DNA of 18,391 bases from Octopus sinensis (GCF_006345805.1 NW_021824345.1:1-18391); one strand, 5' to 3'. Shown: positions 1 to 9,339, counted from the first letter of the stretch. Notes: generated by a model not told the origin, from the sequence alone. Program-made: numbers and translations.

Positions 1-254
1 TTAATTTTTACGGTTCATAGAATCATAGTCAATGTGGCTTCGTCATTCATACGTGCCATCCTTGCTACATTCACCCATCTTTTTTTTAAACTTCACTAGA
101 CAAACTTGCCTCTCTACTCTCACTTTCCTTTTCAAGTATTTTGAAGAAGTTGATGAGATTGACCAGAGAGGAAAGTGTTTGTCTCTAATCCTTTCATTCT
201 TTCGCCATAGCCACAAGTATGATAAAAATAGCTCTTCCTTCCCGTTTGAAGGAA

Positions 255-664
255 GGAGGCGTGACGATATTGGCAGAAACGTTAGCACGCCGGGCGAAAT
301 GCGTAGCCGTATTTCGTCTGCCGATACGTTCTGAGTTCAAATTCCGCCGAGGTCGACTTTGCCTTTCATCCTTTCGGGGTCGATTAAATAAGTACCAGTT
401 ACGCACTGGGGTCGATATAATCGACTTAATACCTATGTCTGTCTTTGTTTGTCCCCTCTGTGTTTAGTAAAGAAATAGGTATTTCGTCTGCCGTTACGTT
501 CTGAGTTCAAATTCCGCCGAGGTCGACTTTGCCTTTCATCCTTTCGGAGTCGATTAAATAAGTACCAGTTACGCATTGGGGTCGAAATAATCGACTTAAT
601 CCGTTTGTCTGTCCTTGTTTGTCCTCCCTGTGTTTAGCCCCTTGTGGGTAGTAAAGAAATAGAT
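255..664 (+). mobile_element. tRNA-derived SINE (MetaSINE-like central domain), head plus tandem dimer of the ~170-185 bp body/tail unit
   Basis: A-box-like TGGCAGAAACGTTAG (271) and B-box-like GAGTTCAAATTCC (333 and 503). The body GTATTTCGTCTGCC...GTAAAGAAATAG occurs at 309 and again at 479. Reverse-strand copies lie at 15333-15575 and 15961-16302. The GTCGACTTTGCCTTTCATCCTTTCGGGGTCGAT...AAGTACCAG core resembles the Meta domain (from recall). Confidence 0.88.
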
Positions 665-1005
665 ATTAACGATAGACTCGGCTGATAAACCGACACGTCC
701 CACACGTGACAGCAGTCGTTCGACATAAGCCCACAGGTCGGAAATTGCTGGACACTGCACGATTGCGTGCAGAGCGGTTTCGTCGCTCTGCCCGCATCTC
801 GAGCAGGTCGGCCCCGTGTTTCTCGAACCGTGTCTGTAGAGCTTATCCCGAACGGGTAGCGCTTCTCGTAGCACTGCCAGGCCAGGGATCTCTGGAAGTT
901 GTCCATAGGTCCCGGCCCGAAAGTCCTCTCAAACAGGCGGGTCAGGTATTCCTCGTCGACGCCCAGGTTCGCCCCAAGATCGTCGTCGTACCTTCCCTCC
1001 ACTAA
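665..1005 (-). pseudogene. L1/Tx1-clade LINE ORF2 C-terminal fragment (zf-RVT-type CCHC zinc finger), frameshifted
   Basis: Joining ORF 634..1002 (...NFQRSLAWQCY) to ORF 596..874 (REALPVRDKLYRHG...CSRCGQSDETALHAIVQCPAISDLW) across a 1-nt frameshift near 868 gives W..LP..D.L followed by C-x2-C-x8-H-x4-C...W. This is typical of the post-RT region of L1/Tx1 ORF2. The segment is GC-rich relative to its flanks. Confidence 0.85.
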
Positions 1006-1009
1006 TTCC

Positions 1010-1118
1010 AGATAGATAGATTGAGAGAGAGACGGAGGAGATGAGAGAAAACGCAGAAAAGAAAGGAAAAGAAAAAGAAGCGAGAGGAGAAAGGAAAGGA
1101 GACAAACAGCTAAAGAGG

Positions 1119-1186
<68 letters not shown>

Positions 1187-1830
1187 GAAATAGAAAGAAA
1201 GAGAGAGGGAGAAGAAAGGGTAGATGAAAGACGTGTTGAGGAGAATTGACAGAAAGCAGATGACGCAGGAGAGATACTGAGGTAAAGATAGAGAGAGAGA
1301 GATGGATACAGAGAGGAAGAGAGAGAGAGAGGGGAAAGGGAGAAAGATAGAAGAAAGGAAAGGAGAGGGAAAGGAAAACAGAGAGAGAAAGAGAGGATAA
1401 CGGAGAGAGATGGAGAATAAAAGAGAGAGGTAGAGAATAGTAGTAAAAGGAAGGGGAAGGAGATAAACAGCTAGAGAGAGGGAGGAGGCAGGAAGAGGAG
1501 AAGATGACAGACACGTGTGGAGGAGAATTGACTGAGAGCAGACGACACAGGACACTGACGTTGAGAGGGATAGTGGCAGATGTGGAGGGTGATAGATTGA
1601 GAAACAAAGAGAGGGGGAAGGGAATAGAGAGGAAGAAAGGGGCAGAGAGAGAGAGGAGGAGGAGAGGGACGATGACGGAAAGAGAGAGGAGTAGATAGAG
1701 AGAGGGGGAAAAGAAGGGGAGAAGACGAACGACACGTGTTGGAGGGAATTGACTGAAAGCAGACGACACAAAACAAACATGGAGATCGATTGTGTGGGAG
1801 ACTGGGAGACAGAGGGAGATAGATACACAG
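1010..1830. repeat. GA-rich low-complexity tract with three degenerate copies of a ~45 bp core
   Basis: (GA)n/(GACA)n runs. The core ACGTGTTG(G)AGG(A/G)GAATTGAC.GA(A/G)AGCAGA(C/T)GAC(A/G)CA recurs at ~1230, ~1512 and ~1733. Confidence 0.85.
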
Positions 1831-1843
1831 TTATGAGAGAATG

Positions 1844-1891
<48 letters not shown>

Positions 1892-2215
1892 CAGTTATGA
1901 GAGAATAGATATATAGATAGATAGATAGAAGATAGATAGATTTAGAATGTTAGGTAGGTAGTAGGTAGATAGATAGATAGATGATATATAGGTAGATAGA
2001 TAGATAGATAGATATATATAGATAGATAGATAGGTAGTTTGTAGTTAGGTAGGGTAGGTAGATAATAGAATAGATAGATAGATAGATAGATAGACAGACA
2101 ATACAGACAGACAGACAGACAGACAGAAGACCAGACAGATAGATAGATAGATAGAATAGATAGATAGATAGATAGATATATAGACAGACAGGTATAGATA
2201 GATAGGTAGATAATG
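1844..2215. repeat. (GATA)n/(GACA)n/(GGTA)n compound microsatellite
   Basis: Directly visible tetranucleotide runs. Confidence 0.95.
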
Positions 2216-2680
2216 ACAGAGAGAAATGCAGAGAGCAGCAATGAAATAGACAGGCAGATAAAAGGAGGGAGAGAGAAAAAAGACAGACAGGGGGAGATCT
2301 ATCAAGTGAAAGGTAGATGTTAAACTTAATAGATATTTAATGATGTTTCATATTACAGTCAGTCTTTGGGTACCATAGTCCAGTCGAGTAAAGAGCTATT
2401 GTTTGCAGAGATGTATCCGGGTGTAGGTGGTTTATCTGGAATTTGCAGGCGATATTGATTCCGGAGCCATTTAATTGTTATGAGTTCTTTTCTTCTCTTG
2501 TGTGTCTTGGCATGATGTTAAAGAGAGGAAGGCCGGTCGAGGCGTAAAAAAAAAATAGTTCTGTTCTAGCGTTGTGATGTGATGTAATGTAAATGCGAGC
2601 ATGATTTTGGTAGAAGACGGGATGTTACGGGGACAAAACCTTGAGCGAATTTTAAAGTTAATACCAACATAATACCAACA

Positions 2681-3106
2681 GGCGCAGGAGTGGCTGTGTG
2701 GTAAGTAGCTTGCTAACCAACCACATGGTTCCGGGTTCATTCCCACTGCGTGGCATCTCGGGCAAGTGTCTTCTTGCTATAGCCCCGGGCCGACCAATCT
2801 TTTGAGTGGATTTGGTAGACGGAAACTGAAAGAAGCTAGTCGTATATATATATATATATGTATTATGTGTGTTGTGGTGTGTGTTGGGTGTGTGTTGTGT
2901 TCTGTGTTTGTCCCCCTCGCATTGCTTGACAACCGATGCTGGTGTGTTTATGTCCCCGTTAAACTTAGCGGTTCGGCAAAAGAGACCGATAGAATAAGTA
3001 CTGGGCTTACAAAAAAATAAGTCCCGGGGACGAGTTGCTCGATTAAAGGCGGTGCTCCAGCATGGCCGCAGTCAAATGACTGAAACAAGTAAAAGGGTAA
3101 AAGAGT
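2681..3106 (+). mobile_element. Full-length ~430 bp tRNA-derived SINE with internal (TA)/(TG) microsatellite
   Basis: A-box TGGCTGTGTGG (2691), B-box-like GGTTCATTCCC (~2734), central TA/TG tract and short-repeat tail GTAAAAG(A/G)GTAAAAGAG. Colinear with the reverse copy at 17663-18091. Confidence 0.92.
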
Positions 3107-3363
3107 ATAATTTGAGCAAAGTCGTTTGGAATATTTTCAGCGTTATATAAGTGATATAGCGCTCAAGTTTTGGAAAGAATAAAATTTGAGCTTTCCGAGG
3201 CGGTTTCAATAAGCAAGACCTATCATATTGTCCTTTTTCTTTTTTCTTTTCAGGGTGTAATTGACTTCTGGGGTTCTTCAGTTTTTTATAAGATCTTTTT
3301 CTTTTCTTATGCGTATTGGCATGAGGTTAAACAGGGCAAGGCCAGAGAGGTGACATAGTTCTG

Positions 3364-3791
3364 GGATCTTTTCGGATTGAACGGCAGTTTTTTTCTATCG
3401 GTGTCATATGAAACTGTCATCCATAATTATGACCCTAGTATCGATCTATTGCATTTCAATCTGTTTTAGGGTTAGGTTAGTTAGGGTTAGAGGTGGGGGG
3501 AAGGGTATCTTTTTTTTCTTCACAAATGTAAATAAACCCAATCTGTTTCTTAAACGAGGGACATATTCATATGGCACAGAATGTTTTTTTTTACCTTAAT
3601 AGACGTCATTGATTGGTTGAAATTGCAGAAATTGAAGAAAAAAACAAATATCTTACAAACTATAGAATTTTCTTAATAAAGCCAAGAGAAAAAGATGTTT
3701 TATAAACACATTCTACCAGTATACGAAGTTTAAAAGTGTTTAGTTACGTGGAAATTATTTTTAAAAACTGCCGTTCAAACCGAAAAGATCC
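3364..3791. mobile_element. 428 bp MITE with 29 bp TIRs and perfect 8 bp TSD
   Basis: Left GGATCTTTTCGGATTGAACGGCAGTTTTT matches right AAAAACTGCCGTTCAAACCGAAAAGATCC with 1 mismatch. TSD TAGTTCTG at 3356-3363 and 3792-3799. Internal TTAGGG-like repeats at ~3466-3490. A second copy starts at 18188. Confidence 0.95.
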
Positions 3792-3852
3792 TAGTTCTGT
3801 CTTATTGTTGTGCTGTGACACGAGCATCAATTGGGTAAAACAGTTCAAATTT

Positions 3853-3945
3853 ACAGAAAACAAAAGACAAAGACAGGTAAAGGAACAACAAGCAGGTGTT
3901 TTAGTTTAACGCACGGGAAAAGTTGAAAAGTCTTTGACAGAAAGG
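3853..3945. repeat. Short fragment of a probable dispersed repeat (possibly Penelope-related)
   Basis: AGAAAACAAAAGAC.AAGACAGGT...AACAACAAGCAGGTGT.TTAGTTTAACGC.CGGGAA resembles an abundant octopus repeat from recall only. There is no second copy in the window. Confidence 0.3.
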
Positions 3946-3974
3946 ATTAAGAAGTAAAAAAAAAATGGAGAATT

Positions 3975-4069
3975 TTTTTTCCTACTCTAGGCACAAGGCC
4001 CGAAATTTTGGGGGAGGGAGCCAGTCGATTAGATCGATCCTAGTACGCAACTGGAACTTAATTTATCGA
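3975..4069 (-). mobile_element. 3' fragment of a MetaSINE-like subfamily with an alternative tail
   Basis: AGTCGATTAGATCGATCCTAGTACGCAACTGGAACTTAATTTATCGA aligns to 15410-15456. The tail AGGCACAAGGCCCGAAATTT recurs at 15962. Confidence 0.8.
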
Positions 4070-4195
4070 TGGAGACGCATTGTGCAACAAAATGGTTCAT
4101 ATTTGGTTGATTGGAAATGTAATGGCAAGTATTTATTGACCTTTTCCTTTCCTTTAAAAATCGGCACGAACTTTCCGGACAACCCAATACATATA

Positions 4196-4451
4196 CAATG
4201 TGTTCAGAAAGTCTCTCCGCGGTAGGTTTTTTTATTTTTTTATTGCAAAATAAACATTTATAAGATGATATGAGACTACAACAGAACATAATTAGACTTT
4301 ACAAAACTTTAAAAAACTTTACTTGTTCCCCAGCAAAATAAAAAAAAACTGCCTGGTGGTGTTAAATCTGGTGATTATGGTAGCCAAACTCCTTTCGAAA
4401 TAATCCGATCACAGAAAAAATTGACTGCGGAGTGACTTTTTGAACACCCTG
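4196..4451. mobile_element. 256 bp Tc1/mariner-type MITE
   Basis: Left CAATGTGTTCAGAAAGTCTCTCCGCGGT matches the reverse complement of the right end CAGGGTGTTCAAAAAGTCACTCCGCAGT at 23/28 positions. TA flanks both sides (4194-4195, 4452-4453). Confidence 0.88.
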
Positions 4452-4466
4452 TATCTGAACGCATAC

Positions 4467-4467
<1 letters not shown>

Positions 4468-4500
<33 letters not shown>

Positions 4501-4870
4501 TCTGTAAGTGTATATGAAAATATTTATATATTTAGAGAGAGACATACTATGTTTGTAAATGTATAGATGTGTATATGCAAGCGTGTATATATATATGTAT
4601 GCATGTATGTATACAGTAATCACTGGCATATATTTTTTGAATATTATATATGCGTGTATGTATGTGTGCATACATGTACACACATATTTATATCTGGAAA
4701 AATGTTATTTTAGAAAATTAATCAAGATTATATCACCTGTATTAAAAAGAGAGAAAGAGAGACGGATAGAAAGAGAGGGAGAGAGAGGGGTGACAGAAAG
4801 AGAGCGAGAGAAAGAGACAGACAGAAAGAGAGGGAGAGAGAGAGACGGACAGAAAGAGAGGGAGAGAGAT
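4468..4870. repeat. (TG)n, degenerate TA/TG and (GA)n simple repeats
   Basis: (TG)n at 4468-4499, TA/TG-rich at 4500-4692, GA-rich at 4748-4870. Confidence 0.9.
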
Positions 4871-5157
4871 GTTGGGGGAGGAAACAAATCTCCGTGATTT
4901 ATGGCGCTGAAGTAAAACGGCAAAGATAAGTAATTAAGCCTAAATTAATTAAAAAGAAAATTAAAAACGCATCAATGTGTCAGGGGAAAACAACGTAGTC
5001 CGAGGAACCGTTCTGATCTTTGGCGAGTCATGTTCCTGCCTTATTACACCTCCTCAGCGAAGCGTACACGCTGTGGTGCCCCTTTAGTGAGCGGTCTACC
5101 GCAGTATCCACAGTCTACGCTGCGAAATTATTAAGGCTAGGTTTAGGGCTTAGGGTT

Positions 5158-5238
<81 letters not shown>

Positions 5239-5248
5239 TAATAATAAT
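5158..5248. repeat. (TAC)n(AAT)n compound trinucleotide microsatellite
   Basis: About 14 TAC units followed by about 16 AAT units. Confidence 0.97.
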
Positions 5249-5249
5249 A

Positions 5250-5428
5250 GCAACATCGAAAAATACCTTAGGAAGTGAGAACCCAGGTTCGAAATTTCCC
5301 CAAGACACCTGATGAAGGCTGGAGGGTATATCAGCCGAAATGTTGTGTTAACAACAAACAAGAAGAGGACAAATATCCGTCCAATGTAAATAATGTAAGT
5401 AATTCCTCACCTCTTAAATAAAGAACTG
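5250..5428 (+). mobile_element. Penelope-like element terminal-repeat fragment / non-autonomous derivative
   Basis: Contains a minimal type I hammerhead motif, characteristic of Penelope-like element pseudo-LTRs. Bounded by (AAT)n and (TA)n microsatellites. Confidence 0.6.
5304..5349 (+). ncRNA. Minimal type I hammerhead ribozyme motif (probably decayed)
   Basis: Stem I GACAC(5304-5308)/GTGTT(5345-5349); core CTGATGA (5309-5315) plus one extra A; stem II GGCTG(5317-5321)/CAGCC(5332-5336); GAAA (5337-5340); vestigial stem III A-TG-T, then UH at 5343-5344. Confidence 0.7.
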
Positions 5429-5564
5429 AAGTATAATATATATATTATATATATATATATATATATTTATACATATATATATATATTGATAAAAATTGTA
5501 AGACAACAAAAGAAGGAAAGAGACCTTGATATTATGTAAATAGAGGAATTTATCTGTAATTATT

Positions 5565-5745
5565 ATATTTATTGGCCACACAGGGCTGAACACAGAGGGG
5601 ACAAAATGCAAAGTAGAGCTTTTCTTTTTGGGAAGAGAATTAAAGAAATGGGGGGGGGGGCGTAGCAATTCGATCAAAAGGGATCGTGGAAAAAAAAAAT
5701 AAATAAAAGGGAGAAAGCCGATCAATAGGGATTTATACACAAATG
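5565..5745 (-). mobile_element. Probable LINE 3' UTR end fragment sharing its tail with the MetaSINE-like family
   Basis: The reverse strand ends TTTGTCCCCTCTGTGTTCAGCCCTGTGTGGCCAATAAA, similar to the SINE tail TTTGTCCTCCCTGTGTTTAGCCCCTTGTGGGTAGTAAA (618-655). Upstream sequence is unrelated to the SINE body. Confidence 0.6.
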
Positions 5746-5802
5746 AAAGAAAACGGCCACTCAAAAACATTTTATAAGGGTTACGTGAATCATTGAAAAT
5801 AA

Positions 5803-5947
5803 TTTGATTCGGTTTCCGAGCTGCTCCAAGAGTTTCGCAGGACCTTAACGGGAGCCCGGCTCCTTCGGATCATTCCAGAAGCCAGGAGCAGCCGAGCTAC
5901 GCTAGCGGCCTGCGAAACTTCAAGTAGCCTCGGAAACCAAACAAAAC
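5803..5947. repeat. GC-rich imperfect foldback palindrome (~140 bp)
   Basis: GGTTTCCGAG(5811)...AGTTTCGCAGG...CGGCT pairs with AGCCG...CCTGCGAAACT...CTCGGAAACC(5938). Confidence 0.85.
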
Positions 5948-6171
5948 CGTTTTAAATAATAATGATACTAATATTAGTACTAACATAAATATATATATAC
6001 ACGCGCGCATATAAGTAAATGCCTGCCGAATTATTGAAATGTCAGTACAGTAAGTGTATCGCTATGTCTCTCTCTGCTTTGCTTATCTCACACTCTCCCG
6101 CTTTATCGATCTATATAACTACAAGTCTATCGCATAGTATATACCAATGACTATTCATCGCAACCAGTTTT

Positions 6172-6218
6172 ACTCTCTCTCTCTGTCTCTCACACACACA
6201 CACGCTATCTATCTATCT

Positions 6219-6277
<59 letters not shown>

Positions 6278-6765
6278 GTGTCTATCTATCAATCTATCTA
6301 TCTGTGTTTATCTATCAATCTGTCTATCTATCTATCTATGTGCCTGTTTGTCACTCCGAGAGTTTTGGGCTATGTACAGCCATATCTTTCCCTTATCTCT
6401 CTCTCTCTCTCTTTCGATTTACGTCCATTTTTTATCTACTTCTATCTGTCTATTTATTGATGTTTTCATTTCTCTCTCTTCATTCCGTCTAATTTCTTCT
6501 ACCTTCTTACAATGTTTTATCTCCATCCATGCTTCATATCTATCTATCTATCTATCTACATCTGTCTGTCTATCTATCTGTATCTGTCTGCCTATCAAGC
6601 TATATCTGTCTGTCTGTCTACCCATCTATATCTATCTATTTGTCGGCCTGTTTATCTATCTATCTATCTATCTGTCTTCCTTTCTCCCTATATGTTTGTC
6701 TGTCTGTCTATCTATCTATCGATCTATCAACCAATCTATCTCTCAGTCTGTCTTTGTCGGGCTGT

Positions 6766-6805
<40 letters not shown>

Positions 6806-6910
6806 TTCTATCCCTATATATACACACACATATATATACACACACACATATATATATATATATCTGTGTATCTATCTATCTATTTATCTATCATTTTAGT
6901 TATCTATCTA
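6172..6910. repeat. (CTAT)n/(CTGT)n compound microsatellite field
   Basis: Directly visible. Source of the YLSI-repeat ORFs. Confidence 0.95.
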
Positions 6911-6975
6911 ACTTTCTTTTTGTCCATCCATCCAATCGCCTACATCTCTATCCATCCACCGAACTATCTATTCAA

Positions 6976-6976
6976 G

Positions 6977-7010
<34 letters not shown>

Positions 7011-7116
7011 TAAATATTCAGTGTGTCACGTACAAAACAAATGCAGTTCTGTGTATATAAACCAATTACAACGTATATATACGTATAGTCCCATATACAC
7101 ATACATGCATTCACGC

Positions 7117-7163
<47 letters not shown>

Positions 7164-7322
7164 TACATATACGAACACATGCACCCAGACGCTAAGACGA
7201 GACACTCAGTTCCCCCACAGCCATCAAACATACACGGACATGTACAAATATAAAGCAGACAGGCAGCCACCCGTTCAACAAACATACTTAAACACAGCCA
7301 TGCCAGAACTAATATACATACA

Positions 7323-7357
<35 letters not shown>

Positions 7358-7514
7358 GTACATATTATACCCACACTCACGGATACATACATAAACAAAA
7401 AGCATTATGCACGTGGAAATATGTGCGTGTATATGCACACGTGTGTATGTATATACATATATATATGTGTGTGTGTGTGTGCATACATGCGTATAACGTG
7501 CACATATATGGTGC

Positions 7515-7553
<39 letters not shown>

Positions 7554-7882
7554 TGACATACATATATATACATATATATATGTAATATATATATGCATAC
7601 ATACATACAGATATACATACATGCATATATAGATATGTATATATATGTACATATTTACATACATATATACACACACACGTATGCATACATATATACACAC
7701 ACACGTATGTATATATATTCTATACATAACCTTCCTATATAATATATATAGATTATTTTACATACACAGACTATTTCAATATACACGTGTATGTATATGT
7801 TTGTGGGTATATTTGTTTATATTTGTATGTATAAATGTATGTATACACACATTTATAAATGTAAACATAACTATATATACAG
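6976..7882. repeat. (TA)n/(CA)n/(TG)n degenerate dinucleotide field
   Basis: Directly visible alternating purine-pyrimidine sequence. Confidence 0.93.
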
Positions 7883-7894
7883 GAGTATAGAGGC

Positions 7895-7961
<67 letters not shown>

Positions 7962-8064
7962 AGATAGACAGACAGCTAGCTAGCTAGAGAGACAGTGAGA
8001 GAGAAAGATAGATAGACAGATAGACAGAAAGACAGGCAGATAGAAAGATAGACAGAGAGACAGA

Positions 8065-8100
<36 letters not shown>

Positions 8101-8295
8101 TAGATATAGATAGACAGACAGCTAGCTAGAGAGATAGTGAGAGAGAAAGATAGATAGACAGATATAGACAGACAGACAGCTAGACAGATAGATTGACAGA
8201 TAGATAGGAAGATAGACAGAGACAGATAGATAGAAAGATAGACAGACAGATAGATAGAAAGATAGATAGACAGATATATAGAAAGATAGACAGAC

Positions 8296-8360
<65 letters not shown>
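7895..8360. repeat. (GATA)n/(GACA)n microsatellite field
   Basis: Directly visible. Internal duplicated block ACAGCTAGCTAG...AGTGAGAGAGAAAGATAG at ~7972 and ~8118. Confidence 0.95.
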
Positions 8361-8362
<2 letters not shown>

Positions 8363-8526
8363 GTATGCTCAAACATACACTTATGCAGACGTACTCACAC
8401 ACACACACACACACACAGCTAATACACACAGACTTACACTAATCGCTCATTAACACATAGACATTATGCTACATTACAATACATTAAACTATATACAACA
8501 ATACACTCTGCAGTCATTGACACTTA

Positions 8527-8704
8527 AAACTCACACACACACATATATACATACACAAACTCACACACACATACATATACATACACAAACTCACACACAC
8601 ACATATATACATACACAAACTCACACACACATACATATACATACACAAACTCACACACACACACATATACATACACAAACTCACACACACACATATACAT
8701 ACAC
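8527..8704. repeat. 30 bp minisatellite, ~6 copies
   Basis: AAACTCACACACACA(C/T)A(T/C)ATATACATACAC starts at 8527, 8557, 8587, 8617, 8647 and 8677. Confidence 0.95.
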
Positions 8705-8823
8705 GTGCACACATACACAACACGTACACACGGAAAGACTCCTTACCTCCCTTCCTCTCTCTTTATCTACGTGTCTCCCTCACCATTCCCAACACCTCTC
8801 TCTCTCCCTCCGTCGCTCGCTCA

Positions 8824-8855
<32 letters not shown>

Positions 8856-8950
8856 GTTTCTCTCTGTCTGTCTCTCACCAACACCGACCCGCTCCCTCTC
8901 ACTGTTTGCCTTTCTCTATCTCTCAAACCATTCTCAACCCTTTCTCGTCT

Positions 8951-9339
8951 CTCATTCTCTCTCTCTCTCTCTATAGACCCTTCTCCCCACCCTCCTCAAT
9001 TTTTTATCTCCGTTTCTCCCCCTCCCTCTCTCTTTCTCTCTATCTTTCTGGCTCGTTAATACAAACCCCTCTCTCATCCTTCCTCTCTTTTTTTTTATCA
9101 CTACGTCTCTCCCCCCTCTCTCTTTCACTCATTCTCTCTCTTTCTCTCTCTCTATAGACCCTTCTCCCCACCCTCCTCTATTTTTTTATCTCCGTTTCTC
9201 CCCCTCCCTTTCTCTTTCTCTCTATCTTTCTGGCTCGCCAATACAAGCCCCTCTCCCTTCCATCCTCTCTTTTTTTTTATCACCACGTCTCCCCCTCTCC
9301 CCCCTCTCTCATTTCTCATTCTTTCACTCATTCTCTCTC
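8951..9339. repeat. ~180 bp tandem duplication within a CT-rich tract (8740-9370)
   Basis: TATAGACCCTTCTCCCCACCCTCCTC occurs at 8972 and 9152, and the downstream blocks (TTTCTGGCTCG..AATACAA.CCCCTCTC) are colinear. Confidence 0.9.

Noticed and set aside
1-254. Short ORFs at the window start
   Set aside because: No recognisable motifs, and they run into SINE sequence.
271-345. tRNA gene candidates at SINE heads (also 2681-2750)
   Set aside because: Only A/B-box similarity, no full cloverleaf, and they continue into SINE bodies.
706-1005. + strand 99 aa ORF
   Set aside because: Antisense shadow of the GC-rich LINE fragment.
929-2305. Long minus-strand ORFs (up to 299 aa)
   Set aside because: Translations of GA/GATA simple repeats (SL/YLSI runs).
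2310-2680. Possible decayed GIY-YIG/Penelope coding remnant on the minus strand (YYVGINFKIR...; KELITIKWLRNQYRL)
   Set aside because: Resemblance is only a few residues in different frames, too weak without a profile search.
3464-3495. Telomere or chromosome-fusion relic
   Set aside because: A few degenerate TTAGGG units lying inside a TSD-bounded MITE.
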